The position numbers were made by a program, and so were the translations under genes. Below are positions 52,078 through 63,072 of a stretch of 64,000 nt of DNA, piece after piece. The notes under the pieces were generated by a model. The model made no database searches and was not told the DNA's origin. It saw only the letters and a program-made list of their open reading frames with translations. The stretch comes from a virus. The stretch is from IMG/VR virus record IMGVR_UViG_3300036985_002246, positions 135,476-199,475 of that record; one strand, 5' to 3'. Positions within the stretch are counted from its first letter, which is position 1, and the number at the start of each line of letters is the position of its first letter.

Positions 52078-55000
52078 GAGCAACAGCGATCATACAGTCA
52101 AGCTGAACGCTGACTTCTCCGACTTCGTCCGCCAGGCGAAGAAGGCGGGGGAGAAGTCGGCTGACCTGCTGAGCAAGGCGATTGAGGCGGGGGTCAAGGA
52201 CTCCACCTTCAGGGCATACAAGAAGTCGGTCAAGGACTACTCGAAAATGCGTGCAGAGGCGGAGCAGACCGCCTCAGCCCTTCAGTACGCCCTGGCTGCG
52301 AAGCAGGCGAACAAGGTCGGGGCCAAGCTCAAGAAGACCGCTGAGGAGATCGCCCGGCTCACCACCGAACTCAACGACGCGAGCCTCGACGACGACATGA
52401 AGAAGCGGAAGAAGGCCGAGAAGGCTTTCTTCCAGGAGAAGTGCAAGCTCCTCGAAAAGCTGAACGCGAACTCCTCGGAGACCCTCAAGGACGACATGAC
52501 CGCCCTGCGGACGGGCATGGCGAAGATGAACCGCCAAATGGTGATCTCCAACGTGAAAATGGGGATCAACGCCAAGTGGGCGAAGGTGGTGAACTACCAA
52601 ATGGGGGACGGGGCGAAGGACTTCAGCACGGGCGTGGAGAATGCCCTCACCAAGTTCAAGGACGGCCTGTCGAACATTGACGTTGGGGCCATGCTCTCGG
52701 GTGGGATCACCTCCGCCGGGAAGGGCATGGGCGGCATTGCGGAGGCCCTCGGGTCGCTGGGGGGAATGGGCGGAGCAATCGGCGGCCTGGCCTCGGCGCT
52801 GGCCGGTGTGGCAGTGGTTCTTGGACCCTTGATCATTGCCTTCGGCCTCTTTGCCGGGGTCATGTTCAGTATCGACAAGGAGGTCAAGGAATTCAACAAG
52901 AGCGCGATCAACACGTTCGGCACCAGGGGGGTCATGAGCCTGGGTGCCGGGAACATGAGGGACAACCTCACGGTCCTGAGGCACGCCACACAAGACCTGA
53001 ACAAGACGCTTGGGCTCACCTCCGAAGAGGCCATGGGCGTGTTCGACGCCTTCGACGCCGGAGGTATCTCCCTCAATCGGCTCACGCAAGGTGCTGTCAC
53101 CGCTGCTCAGAAGGAGAAGGCTCTCGGGAACGTGCTCAGGGAGACAGCTTCCACGGCCAAGGCGCTCGGTGTTGGAGTCAGCGAGTTCACCACGACCCTC
53201 GCAGAGTACTCAAACGACCTGGCGACCTCCCTGGAGAGCGTCACGGACCAGTTCGCCATGGTGTCGAAGCAGGCGGGCGACGCAGGGTTCTCGACCCGGC
53301 GGTTCTACTCGCTGATCACGCAGGCGTCTGCTGGCCAGGCTTCCCTCAACACGCAACTGAGTCAGACGGGCGACCTGCTGATCCGAATGAGCAAGACGAT
53401 CGGGGACAAGGCCGCAGCGGAAATGATTGGGTCCGCGAACAGAGCGTTCAAGGACATGGGCACTGCCGACCGGACTCGAAGGGTCATGACGACCGGCGGC
53501 AAGGAAATGAAGAGCATTGTCTCCAGGGACGCTGAGAGGCAGGGCCGCAACTTTGCCTCCGACCTGTCCAAGCAAATGACCAATCCGGAGGTCACCAGGG
53601 CCTTCGCGACTGCTGCCGCAACCGGTGTTCCGATTTCCGAAGCGGCTCGCACTGACATGACCGGGGCCACTCTCGTCAGAGAAATGGAGTCCATGACCCG
53701 GCAGCAGCAGGAAACCCTTCAGGCGGCCTTCACGACCTCCACGGACAAGACCGTGTCTGGATTGGGTCGTCGCATGGCTGACTTGAACAAGGTCAGCGTG
53801 GGCAAGAGCGGCCAGTTGTTCGACCTGACCGAGTCCATGGGGCACCTGAGCGCGGGAGCCACAATCGAAGCGAACCTCCACTCCGTGGACGCCCTGACTG
53901 GTGGGACACCCCTCAGTGAGTTGAGGGGTCCCATGAAGATGATGGCCGAGCAACTCTCCGGTATGTCCGTTTCGGAGCTAGAGAATGCCCAGGCCATGTC
54001 TGCCGCCTCTGAGGCAAGTCTCAGAATCCTGACTGGTATCAAGGACCAACCCCTCCCCCTGGACGAGGACGCGGCCAGGGCTTTGGCTGAAGACCAGGAC
54101 AGAAGGTACGGCGCTCATATCGCTGAGGGCGGAAAGATCGTCACAGCCAGCGGTGCTGAGGTCCGAGACGCCACCGACCTGCTTACGGCCTCCGTGGAGA
54201 GTGGTGCCCTCACTAAGGAAGTGAAGGACGAGAACACTGTCCTTGCTGAGGACTCACTCGACGAGACCATGACGATCTCGGACGTACTCCAGAACGAGAT
54301 CACCCAGTACCTGCGCGGAATCTACGAAGACGTTGGTCTACCCCTGCTCGACATTCTTGAGGGGTGGATGGGCACCTCCGAGCAGAAGCGGATCCGGCAC
54401 GAGACAACCGCCTACAAGAAGTCCCTCTCCAGTTCCACTCGGGACGCCATGGCAGAGAAGCGGTCCGGCGAGCGCACCGTCTCTACGCTCGGGCGAAAGA
54501 CCGACCGGACCCCAGAGGAGGACGCCCAACTGAGGCAGGCTCAGCTTACGGTCGAGCGTGCAGACGCAATGATTGCGGCTGCGGACACCGCCCGGAAGAG
54601 GATCGAGGGGTATGTGGGCGAGGACGGGAAGGACGTTGCACCCGACCTCTCAGCACTCGCAGACTACTACGAGTACTCAGTGGAGGGTGTGGGCACCTAC
54701 TCGACAGAAGAGCAAGCTCGTCGGGCCATGACCCCCGAGCAAATGGCAAATGAGTCTGCTGGCATTGGCCCAGGTACGTTCGGTGGCGGGGAGTACGTCA
54801 CGAAGACGGCTGCCCGTCACACGAGCGGTTATGGGGCGGCACACTCTCTGGTTGAGGAGGCAGGGTCAGATGTCGTTCGGCGGCACCGACTCGCAGACGA
54901 GGCTGGCGGCACGGCAGCCCCTGCTCCAGTTGCTGTGGCCCCTGGGGCTCCAACTGCACCGACGGCTCCCACTACAGCAGCAGCGATTGAGAGCTTTGGG

Positions 55001-55840
55001 GCAACCGACCTGTCTGCATTCGGGGTTGCCTCCGCTGCACCTCCAACCAGCGGTGCGCCTACAATGGCGGGAGAGGGGGCGACAGAGGACGCTGCTTCCG
55101 CAGTTCATGAGCCGATCGTCGCAGCGACAGAGGCCCACACAGCAGAGACAGTCACTCAGGGTGAGGCAACTCGCACAGCGATTGAGACCTCCTCTTCAGA
55201 GGGCACCAAGGCTGTCGTCAGAGCCCTCACGAAGGACGTGAAGCTCGGGAACGCGCTCGCACGGAGCAATCTTCCAGACGCGATCGTCGCGGCTCAGGTC
55301 AAGCAGCAGATCACTGCTCTTGCCTCGGCAGCGGGCCTCTCTGGAGAGGACGCAGACACCGCCATTTCCGAGTACATGGAGAAGGGGACTTTCTCCACGA
55401 AGCTGACAGAAGCCTTTGGGTCGGGAATGGACGACGCCACGAGGTCGGCCCTGTCTTCTTCGGCAGCGTCTCTCGGCGGGTTCGCTGGTGGTACGACCTC
55501 CACTGGTCTCAACGTGGCTGCGAGGGGCTCCCACTCAAGAAGGCGTGCGGTCGAGGACGAGGTCGAGGCCGCAGACACAGACGTTGCGACTGTTCTCCCA
55601 CCGGCCCACGACTTCCTCTACCGGGGGGACGGGGTTCGAGGGACAATCACGCCGATCGACACGGCGGACGACGTTATGGGCATGAAGGGCGGAGGCCCAA
55701 TCGACCGAGCCATGGGTGGCTCCGGCGGCTCTGTCACCGTGAATATCTACGGCGGCGACGAGCGCCGGGTCTTCGACGTGGTGAAGCGCGTCCTCCAGCA
55801 GTCGGGGATCGGACCCGGACGGGTGACCTCGCGTGCCTAA
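52070..55840 (+). CDS. Tape measure protein
   Basis: 1256 aa, helical, Gly-rich hydrophobic segment, C-terminal GGSVTVNIYG motif. Confidence 0.85.
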   Translation: MAKSNSDHTVKLNADFSDFVRQAKKAGEKSADLLSKAIEAGVKDSTFRAYKKSVKDYSKMRAEAEQTASALQYALAAKQANKVGAKLKKTAEEIARLTTELNDASLDDDMKKRKKAEKAFFQEKCKLLEKLNANSSETLKDDMTALRTGMAKMNRQMVISNVKMGINAKWAKVVNYQMGDGAKDFSTGVENALTKFKDGLSNIDVGAMLSGGITSAGKGMGGIAEALGSLGGMGGAIGGLASALAGVAVVLGPLIIAFGLFAGVMFSIDKEVKEFNKSAINTFGTRGVMSLGAGNMRDNLTVLRHATQDLNKTLGLTSEEAMGVFDAFDAGGISLNRLTQGAVTAAQKEKALGNVLRETASTAKALGVGVSEFTTTLAEYSNDLATSLESVTDQFAMVSKQAGDAGFSTRRFYSLITQASAGQASLNTQLSQTGDLLIRMSKTIGDKAAAEMIGSANRAFKDMGTADRTRRVMTTGGKEMKSIVSRDAERQGRNFASDLSKQMTNPEVTRAFATAAATGVPISEAARTDMTGATLVREMESMTRQQQETLQAAFTTSTDKTVSGLGRRMADLNKVSVGKSGQLFDLTESMGHLSAGATIEANLHSVDALTGGTPLSELRGPMKMMAEQLSGMSVSELENAQAMSAASEASLRILTGIKDQPLPLDEDAARALAEDQDRRYGAHIAEGGKIVTASGAEVRDATDLLTASVESGALTKEVKDENTVLAEDSLDETMTISDVLQNEITQYLRGIYEDVGLPLLDILEGWMGTSEQKRIRHETTAYKKSLSSSTRDAMAEKRSGERTVSTLGRKTDRTPEEDAQLRQAQLTVERADAMIAAADTARKRIEGYVGEDGKDVAPDLSALADYYEYSVEGVGTYSTEEQARRAMTPEQMANESAGIGPGTFGGGEYVTKTAARHTSGYGAAHSLVEEAGSDVVRRHRLADEAGGTAAPAPVAVAPGAPTAPTAPTTAAAIESFGATDLSAFGVASAAPPTSGAPTMAGEGATEDAASAVHEPIVAATEAHTAETVTQGEATRTAIETSSSEGTKAVVRALTKDVKLGNALARSNLPDAIVAAQVKQQITALASAAGLSGEDADTAISEYMEKGTFSTKLTEAFGSGMDDATRSALSSSAASLGGFAGGTTSTGLNVAARGSHSRRRAVEDEVEAADTDVATVLPPAHDFLYRGDGVRGTITPIDTADDVMGMKGGGPIDRAMGGSGGSVTVNIYGGDERRVFDVVKRVLQQSGIGPGRVTSRA

Positions 55841-56501
55841 CCAACGCTCAATCATTCGGTCGGCCTTCGAGTCGGCTGAGGACGAGTTCTTGGGCCTCGG
55901 CAAGCGCCCCGTCGTCTTCGACATTATGGCTCCGGGTAGTGGGACCTCCCTCTTGGGGGACAGCCTCAAGCTGGTCCTGCACGTCAACCCAAACTCAATG
56001 CAGTTCAGCTACACGAAGGTGATCGAGCGCCAGCAGACGCTCGGCGGCTTCGTCGAGTACCACTGGGGAAACTCCCCCGCTGAGGTGTCGCTCAGCCTGG
56101 CCACGGGTGGCTTCGTCCGGCTGTTCACCGGGCTCTCGAATATCACGGGCGTCACCCCCTCGAACGCGAGCATTCAGCCTACGTCAATGCAGGCGACGAG
56201 CACCGGGGGGACTCGCCGGGACACGATCGCCTACGACAAGTACCTGGACCTCCTGGCCCTCTTCAAGAACAACGGGGCGATCTACGACGCGAACGGGACT
56301 ATCGCCCTACAGGGGCAGATCAAAATGATGTTCGACGGCGGCTCGTGGTGGGGGTACTTCACGACCTTCTCTGTCGAGGAGACGGCGGAGCAGCCCTACC
56401 AGTTCGCCCTCACAGCGGCCTTCACCGTGGACCGAGAGAAGCACGCGCTCCGCACGATCAACGTGCCGCTCGTCCCAATGTCTAGGACAGTAGGGACCTG
56501 A
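55833..56501 (+). CDS. Tube-initiator / baseplate tube-like protein 1
   Basis: LHVNPNSMQFSYTK...WWGYFTTFSVEETAEQPYQF pattern after the tape measure. Confidence 0.75.
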   Translation: MPNQRSIIRSAFESAEDEFLGLGKRPVVFDIMAPGSGTSLLGDSLKLVLHVNPNSMQFSYTKVIERQQTLGGFVEYHWGNSPAEVSLSLATGGFVRLFTGLSNITGVTPSNASIQPTSMQATSTGGTRRDTIAYDKYLDLLALFKNNGAIYDANGTIALQGQIKMMFDGGSWWGYFTTFSVEETAEQPYQFALTAAFTVDREKHALRTINVPLVPMSRTVGT

Positions 56502-56503
56502 CC

Positions 56504-57736
56504 ATGGCAGACCCAGTCAGAATTCAGCCAGCCAGGTTCTTCGAGCACCTCCCGACGGCGCAGAACTACGAGCGTGAGTACGAGGTCCAGGACACGATCC
56601 CGATCGACGGGGCGAAGGCGAGCCTCAAGTCGTTCTCGCCGTTCGTCATGCGGGTGCTCCCCCCCATGATCCTCGGGAACACCTTCAACACCCTCGGGGT
56701 TTCGCAATCTCGTGCGACGCCGCTCGACGGGTCGGTGGCTACGACCACTCCTCGCGCAGACTACGCTGGGGCGATCCGGGGGCTCAATCAGCGGAGGTCA
56801 GCCTCTGAGGCCACCTACCAGGACGACGTGAACCGGGGGACAGCGATTCCCGGAATGTCCAGCGCGACCGCCCGCGACATTGACGAGTACGTCTCGAACT
56901 CGGCCAGGAACCAATCGATCTCGCCGAACGTCCCGGCTTCGAGCCATATCCGGATCGTCCCGGCGATCTCCAACGACGCCTCGGCGCTCTCGATCCTGCT
57001 GCAACTCGTGCAAATGCGGGAGATCCCACCGATCTGCCTGTATATCAACCCAACGACCTTCTCGGTCAACCACGCGAAGATCGCGCAGTTCCAGGAGCGG
57101 TCCCGCTACGGGTACGTCTACCAGGCGTGGGGCGAAGAACTCACGAAGGTCAGCTTCTCCTGCATGATTGGTGCGTACATTGCGGGCCATGGGAACCGCT
57201 CGCAGACCGGGGTAGCCACGGGCGTCCAGCGGGCCTCGAAGAGGGACTCAGCCAGCTTCCAGCAACTCATGTCTGTCTTCTCCCTCTACCAGAGCAGCGG
57301 CTACATTCAGGACACGACCGCGAACTCGACGGGTCGGCGGTCCCTGGCGAACCTGCTGGTCGGCAACACCTCGATCGAGTACGACCAGACCGTGTACGTC
57401 GGGCACATGGACTCGTTCTCGTACTCGGAAGAAGACACCCAACAGAACGGCGGCCTCAAGTTCGACATTGAGTTCACCGCAGTCAGGGTCTACGACGTGG
57501 CCCAGCCGCAGTCGTCGATCGCCCCTGAGAACTCCCCCAGCAACTTCTACAACCCGGCCTCGGGCGTCTCCCCCTCCAGCGGGTCAAGGCTCTCCAGGAC
57601 GTTCAGGGGGTCGGGGCCGACCCAGTTCCTCACCGCACCCACGGTCGGCGGTGCTCCGGCTCAGCCCTGGTCCGGGGCCGCAGCAGGCACACCCTCAGCG
57701 ACCGGTAGCGTGATCACGACTCGGCGGACACCGTGA
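56504..57736 (+). CDS. Tube-initiator / baseplate tube-like protein 2
   Basis: LYINPTTFSVNHAK...YVGHMDSFSYSEE...KFDIEF, paralogous to 55833. Confidence 0.7.
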   Translation: MADPVRIQPARFFEHLPTAQNYEREYEVQDTIPIDGAKASLKSFSPFVMRVLPPMILGNTFNTLGVSQSRATPLDGSVATTTPRADYAGAIRGLNQRRSASEATYQDDVNRGTAIPGMSSATARDIDEYVSNSARNQSISPNVPASSHIRIVPAISNDASALSILLQLVQMREIPPICLYINPTTFSVNHAKIAQFQERSRYGYVYQAWGEELTKVSFSCMIGAYIAGHGNRSQTGVATGVQRASKRDSASFQQLMSVFSLYQSSGYIQDTTANSTGRRSLANLLVGNTSIEYDQTVYVGHMDSFSYSEEDTQQNGGLKFDIEFTAVRVYDVAQPQSSIAPENSPSNFYNPASGVSPSSGSRLSRTFRGSGPTQFLTAPTVGGAPAQPWSGAAAGTPSATGSVITTRRTP

Positions 57737-60700
57737 GCATTGTCAATCGCCCCTACGCTGGAACGTGGAATCCGAACCAGCGGAAGATCATTCAGTACAC
57801 GCCGGACGCGCTCGTCTACCTGAACGGTGACACGGGCATGGCGGGGTGCCAGACCTGCCACCACCGGATCGACATACAGCAGTTCGTCACGTCGATCTCG
57901 GTGGACGCTGGCGTGGACCCTGGGGCTAGCTCGTCGAGTATCACCCTCTCGATCCCCAGGCACTACGGGGACTCAATCTTCAGGGACGGGAACACGATTC
58001 TCCGCAACGGGTTGGAGGTCCAGGTCTACTTCCGTGGGTACTTCCCCATGACCGGAATGGCTGACCCGGACGCGGACCCAGAGTCCAACGTCGTCGCTGG
58101 GGTCAACCTCTCGGACATTCCCCAGTACCCCTACTACCCCGTGTTCCATGGGGTGGTCACGGGCGTCTCCCACGAGTACTCGGGAGGCTACTACTCGGCG
58201 TCGCTGACCTGCTCGGGAATGCTGCACTTCTGGCAGTATATGCAGATCGCCTCGAACGGGGCCTTCTTCGGAGCCCGTCCGAACAACTCGGGGGTCAGGA
58301 CCAGTCTTCGGGGGCACGTCTTCACGGGCATGAGCCCCTTCTCGATTATCTACGCCCTCTACCAGAACACTCTGGGTGCTGCGGCGGGCGTCGGGTTTGC
58401 GCTCCAGAGCCGCACGAATATGCAGGCGGTCTCGACCGCTACGGGCGACTCCAGCTACGCAATGGTCCAGCAGTACTGGGAGCGGCGGTTCCTTCAGGGA
58501 ATGTACCGGCTCAGAATGCACGGGGCGTCAGGCCAACTCTTCTCTGGCTCGACGCAGGCGTACCTCTCCAGGCTCGGCGGACGGGACGCTCGGATCCTCT
58601 CGGTCGTCACAGGCAACAACCGTAGCGAGCGTGACCCTCTAGCCTCTAGCGCGGAGGAGTTCAACCTGATCGACCGGGACGGGGCAGGCCGGATCAATCG
58701 TGGTGCCGACCTGCGCTTCACGGCTGGGTCAGGTGGCGGTGCGCGAGACTACGGTGTGGTCGTCCCGCAAATGCAGGCGTTCGTCAACGACATTTCCCAA
58801 TGGGGTCAGGTCAACCTCTTCGAGACGACCTACGAGAGCAAGCTCGACGTTGCCACTCAGGTCTCGAATATCTGCGGCTACGAGTTCTACCAGGACATGG
58901 ACGGGGACCTGGTGTTCAAGCCGCCCCTCTACAACCTCGACACGTCCTCGTCGAGGATCTACCGGCTTGAGCCGGAAGACATTGTCTCGATCTCCTTCAC
59001 TGAGTCCGAGCCGGAGGCCACCTACGCCACCGTGAGTGCGGGTCCGTTCCAGAATATGCGTGGGGCTGTGGACGAGGCCGAGTTTGGCGTCCGGGCCACC
59101 TACTACGACTACCGGCTGATCGCCCAGTTCGGCTGGCGTGAAGGCTCACTGGAGTCGAACTACTACTCGAACGCTCGGTCGGCCTTCTACGCAGCGGTCG
59201 CGAACCTCGACAAGCTCAATCAGGGCATGAACTCGGCCTCGGTCACGATCCCGCTTCGGCCTGAGATCCGCCAGGGCTTCCCTGTCTACATTCCTCACAT
59301 TGACTGCTTCTACTACGTCCAATCGGTCAGCCACGCCTTCTCCTACGGAAGCGCCTGCACGACGACGCTGAACCTGATCGCTCGCCGTCGGAAGTTCATT
59401 CCTCCGGGGAACCCTGACGTTCCAGGGATCCGGGGTATCACCCTCGAACAGACGACGAATCCCCCGAAGCCGGTCCAGTACCTCGACAACAGCAACATTC
59501 CTCGGGTCCTCGGCTTCCCGAACGTCGTCCTGGCGCTCGACCCAGAGCGGATCAACCCACTGTTCTTCGTCTTCGGTTTGGACTCTGAGGAGGACCGCAG
59601 TCGAGCGACCGGCGCGACCAGGCAGGCTCGCAGGGAACTCCTTGCGTCGAACTTCGCTCAGATCCTCGTGGACCAGAACGTCATTGGCGTTGGGACACCC
59701 CCTCCCGCCCCAGCGGACCCTACTGCAATCAGTCCGGAGACCTCGGCAGCGGTGGACGCAGCCCTTGCGTCTTTTGATTCAGCAGGTGGGTCTACCACCC
59801 CCTCTGCCACCACCCCCTCCGCCCCGACTGCGCCTGCCCCCACGGCAACGGCAGCGGCGGTTGACTCTGCCGCCCCTGCCACCACATACACGAGCCGCGA
59901 GAGTGTGATCGTTGGCCCATGGATAATCCTGGTCGCTGACCGTCTGAACCAGACCGTCACCTCCACACAGTTGAGGGAGGGTCTGTCGTCTCTCATTGAC
60001 GAGCGGACGAGCAGTCGCTCGCGTGTTCGAGAGATTGACACTGAGATCCAACGGCTGGAGCACAGGATCCAGCAGCCTGGGGCGTCAGCAGAAGTCATTT
60101 CGACGGCCTCAGCCTCGCTTACTACCCTTCGCGCAGAGGCTGAGACGCTGAACGGCTTCCTGATCGGGAACACCACCACTGGCAGCCACAGCGCCCTGTC
60201 TGAGGACGCGGCCCTCGTGAACTACCTCCTCAGTCAGATCCGTCAGAGGAACCCGAGCACGGCCAGTCGGGACATGAGCGTTGACGCCACAGGGACGATC
60301 AACAACTCGACGAACCTGCTCGACCTTCTTGGGGACCGGAAGGCTGCCATGGGGATCAACACCCCCGGCTACTACCGGTACTACTCGTCGGCTCACCCGA
60401 ACCCCAATCAACAGGGGTACACGCCACTGGCAACCACGGATACGACCGGTGTGGCTTCAGACAGTCCTTCGGAGACGGGCACGCCCGAGAGTCTTGCTCA
60501 AGCGGACCGGGACAGCACCAGGTCTGTTGCAATCAGCCCGGCGAGGAGGGCCGAACTGGAGAGTCAGATTGCCAGCCTCAACGCGAATATCACCCAAATG
60601 GGTGAGTTCGTGGCCCTAGATATCAACCCACAATCTGACCTCGACGCCCTCAGGGCACAGAGGACCTCGCTTGCCTCCCAACTGAGTGCAGGCATTGCGG

Positions 60701-63072
60701 CGGCGACTGCGAGCACGGAGCCAGCCACCTACAGCACTGTGGGCGTCCGCGATCTCACCGGGGAGGACCTCGGGGCGGACGCTGTCGTGAACCCCGATAG
60801 CATTGCTGGGCTCGTCGCCCTGCACAACGTGAACCCTGTGAACGGGCTGAACGTCCGGACGTTCAACTCGCAAGACCCCGTGCCCACGCCCACGGACCAG
60901 ATCTTCGCCCTGCTCTTCGAGCAGCGAGACACCACTCGCGTTGGGACGCAGACCGTCTTCAGGGAGTCTGGCAACGTCAGGGCGGTCGCAGACGCAATCC
61001 TGGAGTGCCTCAATCCAACCTCCCGTCTCGGGGCGGCCTTGGGCGCGAAGTACGTTCAGGGGCTTGGCACCCCACCAGTGGCCAATCAAGCCGAGACGAA
61101 GGGTGCTCTGATCACCCGGATCGTCGGGACTGTTGCCGGTCTGAAGGGCACCGGGGGCACCAACATTTCCTCCCCGGACATTACCGGCGGCGCAGTGAAC
61201 GGCAACGCCGAGAACGCAGCCGACACGGCCCTGGTTGTAGGCCCCACGAACACGCTGAACGTGGCGCAGAACACGCTCATTGCTAAGGGCAACCGGGTCA
61301 TTCAGCAGATCACCAAGGCGAATGAGGAGAACATTCGTCGAGCCGTGCGTCTGATCCTCGCCAACCCGCCGACGACGGTGCCGTCCACCGCACCTACGAC
61401 TGCACCGACCGCAGCCACACCCACTGCACCGACCCCGGCAGCGGTGCCTGTATCCGAGACTGACGCAGCCCTTGCTGCACGAGTCTCTCGGGGACATGGG
61501 ACGATCTCCCCTGAGGTTCTTCGGGCCGTTAGAGCCCTAGAGTCGAATGGTCATGCGGACGCAATCCGGTTCGAGGCTAGGCTCTACCACGACGCTACGG
61601 GGATCACGGTCGCCACGATCCCTGGGGAGTCCGCTCGCGCCCGGTTCAACCGGGTGTACGCCGCCGCTGTGGCGGAGGGCAGCGTGGCCCACCAGCGCGC
61701 AGCGATTGAGTCCACCTCGTGGGGCTACTACCAGGTGCTCGGTGCAGCCCTGCTCGCTGCGCACCCGTCGGATCCGATCGAGGCGTTCGACAACGACCCA
61801 GTGGGTGTCAGCACTGAGCTTCTCGGTGACTACCTCAACGACCGGCCTGCTGTTCGCCGGGCTATGGAAGCAGTCACTGCGAACCCCACGCAGGAGAACA
61901 TTCATGCCCTGGCTTGCGTGTACAACGGAGCGGTGCAGCCACGAGCGAGAGGCGCACCAGCCGTCTGCCGGAACCCAACCGACGGCACCTGGACGGACAA
62001 GAACAATCGGTGGACCAGCCGGTTCACCGCAGCCCTGAACAACCCCTCCTCTGGAGCTATCCCTAGGTCCCGGACCACCGGGGCGAGCAGGGGGCGTAGG
62101 AGCGGCGGGTCCTCCGGCACCGCAGTCAGAGGTGAGGCCGGTCGTCAGATTGCAGCAGCCCTTCGGTTCTGGCTGGCTGACATTGGCAAGCTCTTCCCCG
62201 GTGGCGTCCCTGGACGGCTCCCCTTCAGTGTGGGACGCGAGGAAGGGCTGATCGTCGAGCACGTCAGCACCTACTCGCCTGTGTTCCCGGTGAGTGACGC
62301 CGTGGGCTACGAGCACTACGGGACGTATCAGTACGGGCGTGGCCTGAGCATTGAGCCAGGGGGCAACTACGAGACCCTCATGGCGGTGGACCCATTCCAG
62401 TACGTCGAGCCAGCCCTGGCAGCCGCATTCGCCGACGCAGTTCTGCGTTCCGGGAGTGCAGAGAACACGGGTGCCGTGGCGGCGGCTCTACAGGCCATTG
62501 CCAGCGACGAGCAGTTCCTGAACAGCCCTGGGGCAGACATTGCCCTGCGCACCTACCGGGAGGGCTCGGCGGGTTCAGACCCGCAGGGGGACAGGACCGC
62601 AATGCTCGCCTCGGGCCTCTCGAACTACGTCATGAGTGACCGAGACGCAGTCACCAGGCTCCCGGTGTCCAACGTGGCATTCAGGCTCACGGACCTCAAT
62701 CCGAACATGACGGGCAACGACACCTGTGAGTGTCGTGGTGCAGAGGCTGACCTCGTGCTTGGTGCCTATATGCGTGGAGCCAACGAGGGGACGTTCACTA
62801 CCGTCGCGACGCCCGACGAGGCGACCCGGTGGGTGGCAAACCAAATGTCCCTCGCGGCGGACTCTTGGGTCCTCTCCCAGAACGCCCTGCGTGGTGCTGC
62901 TCTTTCTGGCCTGGGTCGCAGGTCAGTCTTCGACAGCGTGCAGGGCATTCTCGGGATCGCGTCTCAGGTCACGGCACCGTTCAACCAACTGGGGAGTGAC
63001 CTGGCTGGTGTGGCGGACCCCACCAGCCAGAACCTCCGTCGGCTGAATCAGCTAGCTGGCCGGGTCGGCTGA
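57733..63072 (+). CDS. Baseplate hub protein (gp27/Mu gp44-like) with an inserted N-acetylmuramidase-like domain
   Basis: VTSISV, FHGVVTGVS, YEFYQDMDGDLVFKPP, IRQGFPVY hub motifs; LRAVRALESNG...IRFE...STSWGYYQVLG muramidase motif at about 61500-62040. Confidence 0.82.
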   Translation: MSIVNRPYAGTWNPNQRKIIQYTPDALVYLNGDTGMAGCQTCHHRIDIQQFVTSISVDAGVDPGASSSSITLSIPRHYGDSIFRDGNTILRNGLEVQVYFRGYFPMTGMADPDADPESNVVAGVNLSDIPQYPYYPVFHGVVTGVSHEYSGGYYSASLTCSGMLHFWQYMQIASNGAFFGARPNNSGVRTSLRGHVFTGMSPFSIIYALYQNTLGAAAGVGFALQSRTNMQAVSTATGDSSYAMVQQYWERRFLQGMYRLRMHGASGQLFSGSTQAYLSRLGGRDARILSVVTGNNRSERDPLASSAEEFNLIDRDGAGRINRGADLRFTAGSGGGARDYGVVVPQMQAFVNDISQWGQVNLFETTYESKLDVATQVSNICGYEFYQDMDGDLVFKPPLYNLDTSSSRIYRLEPEDIVSISFTESEPEATYATVSAGPFQNMRGAVDEAEFGVRATYYDYRLIAQFGWREGSLESNYYSNARSAFYAAVANLDKLNQGMNSASVTIPLRPEIRQGFPVYIPHIDCFYYVQSVSHAFSYGSACTTTLNLIARRRKFIPPGNPDVPGIRGITLEQTTNPPKPVQYLDNSNIPRVLGFPNVVLALDPERINPLFFVFGLDSEEDRSRATGATRQARRELLASNFAQILVDQNVIGVGTPPPAPADPTAISPETSAAVDAALASFDSAGGSTTPSATTPSAPTAPAPTATAAAVDSAAPATTYTSRESVIVGPWIILVADRLNQTVTSTQLREGLSSLIDERTSSRSRVREIDTEIQRLEHRIQQPGASAEVISTASASLTTLRAEAETLNGFLIGNTTTGSHSALSEDAALVNYLLSQIRQRNPSTASRDMSVDATGTINNSTNLLDLLGDRKAAMGINTPGYYRYYSSAHPNPNQQGYTPLATTDTTGVASDSPSETGTPESLAQADRDSTRSVAISPARRAELESQIASLNANITQMGEFVALDINPQSDLDALRAQRTSLASQLSAGIAAATASTEPATYSTVGVRDLTGEDLGADAVVNPDSIAGLVALHNVNPVNGLNVRTFNSQDPVPTPTDQIFALLFEQRDTTRVGTQTVFRESGNVRAVADAILECLNPTSRLGAALGAKYVQGLGTPPVANQAETKGALITRIVGTVAGLKGTGGTNISSPDITGGAVNGNAENAADTALVVGPTNTLNVAQNTLIAKGNRVIQQITKANEENIRRAVRLILANPPTTVPSTAPTTAPTAATPTAPTPAAVPVSETDAALAARVSRGHGTISPEVLRAVRALESNGHADAIRFEARLYHDATGITVATIPGESARARFNRVYAAAVAEGSVAHQRAAIESTSWGYYQVLGAALLAAHPSDPIEAFDNDPVGVSTELLGDYLNDRPAVRRAMEAVTANPTQENIHALACVYNGAVQPRARGAPAVCRNPTDGTWTDKNNRWTSRFTAALNNPSSGAIPRSRTTGASRGRRSGGSSGTAVRGEAGRQIAAALRFWLADIGKLFPGGVPGRLPFSVGREEGLIVEHVSTYSPVFPVSDAVGYEHYGTYQYGRGLSIEPGGNYETLMAVDPFQYVEPALAAAFADAVLRSGSAENTGAVAAALQAIASDEQFLNSPGADIALRTYREGSAGSDPQGDRTAMLASGLSNYVMSDRDAVTRLPVSNVAFRLTDLNPNMTGNDTCECRGAEADLVLGAYMRGANEGTFTTVATPDEATRWVANQMSLAADSWVLSQNALRGAALSGLGRRSVFDSVQGILGIASQVTAPFNQLGSDLAGVADPTSQNLRRLNQLAGRVG

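Noticed and set aside
42736-63072. Extracellular contractile injection system or T6SS locus instead of a phage tail
   Set aside because: No Afp15-type ATPase or Tss membrane complex; long tape measure, neck genes, homing endonucleases and RNA ligase point to a phage
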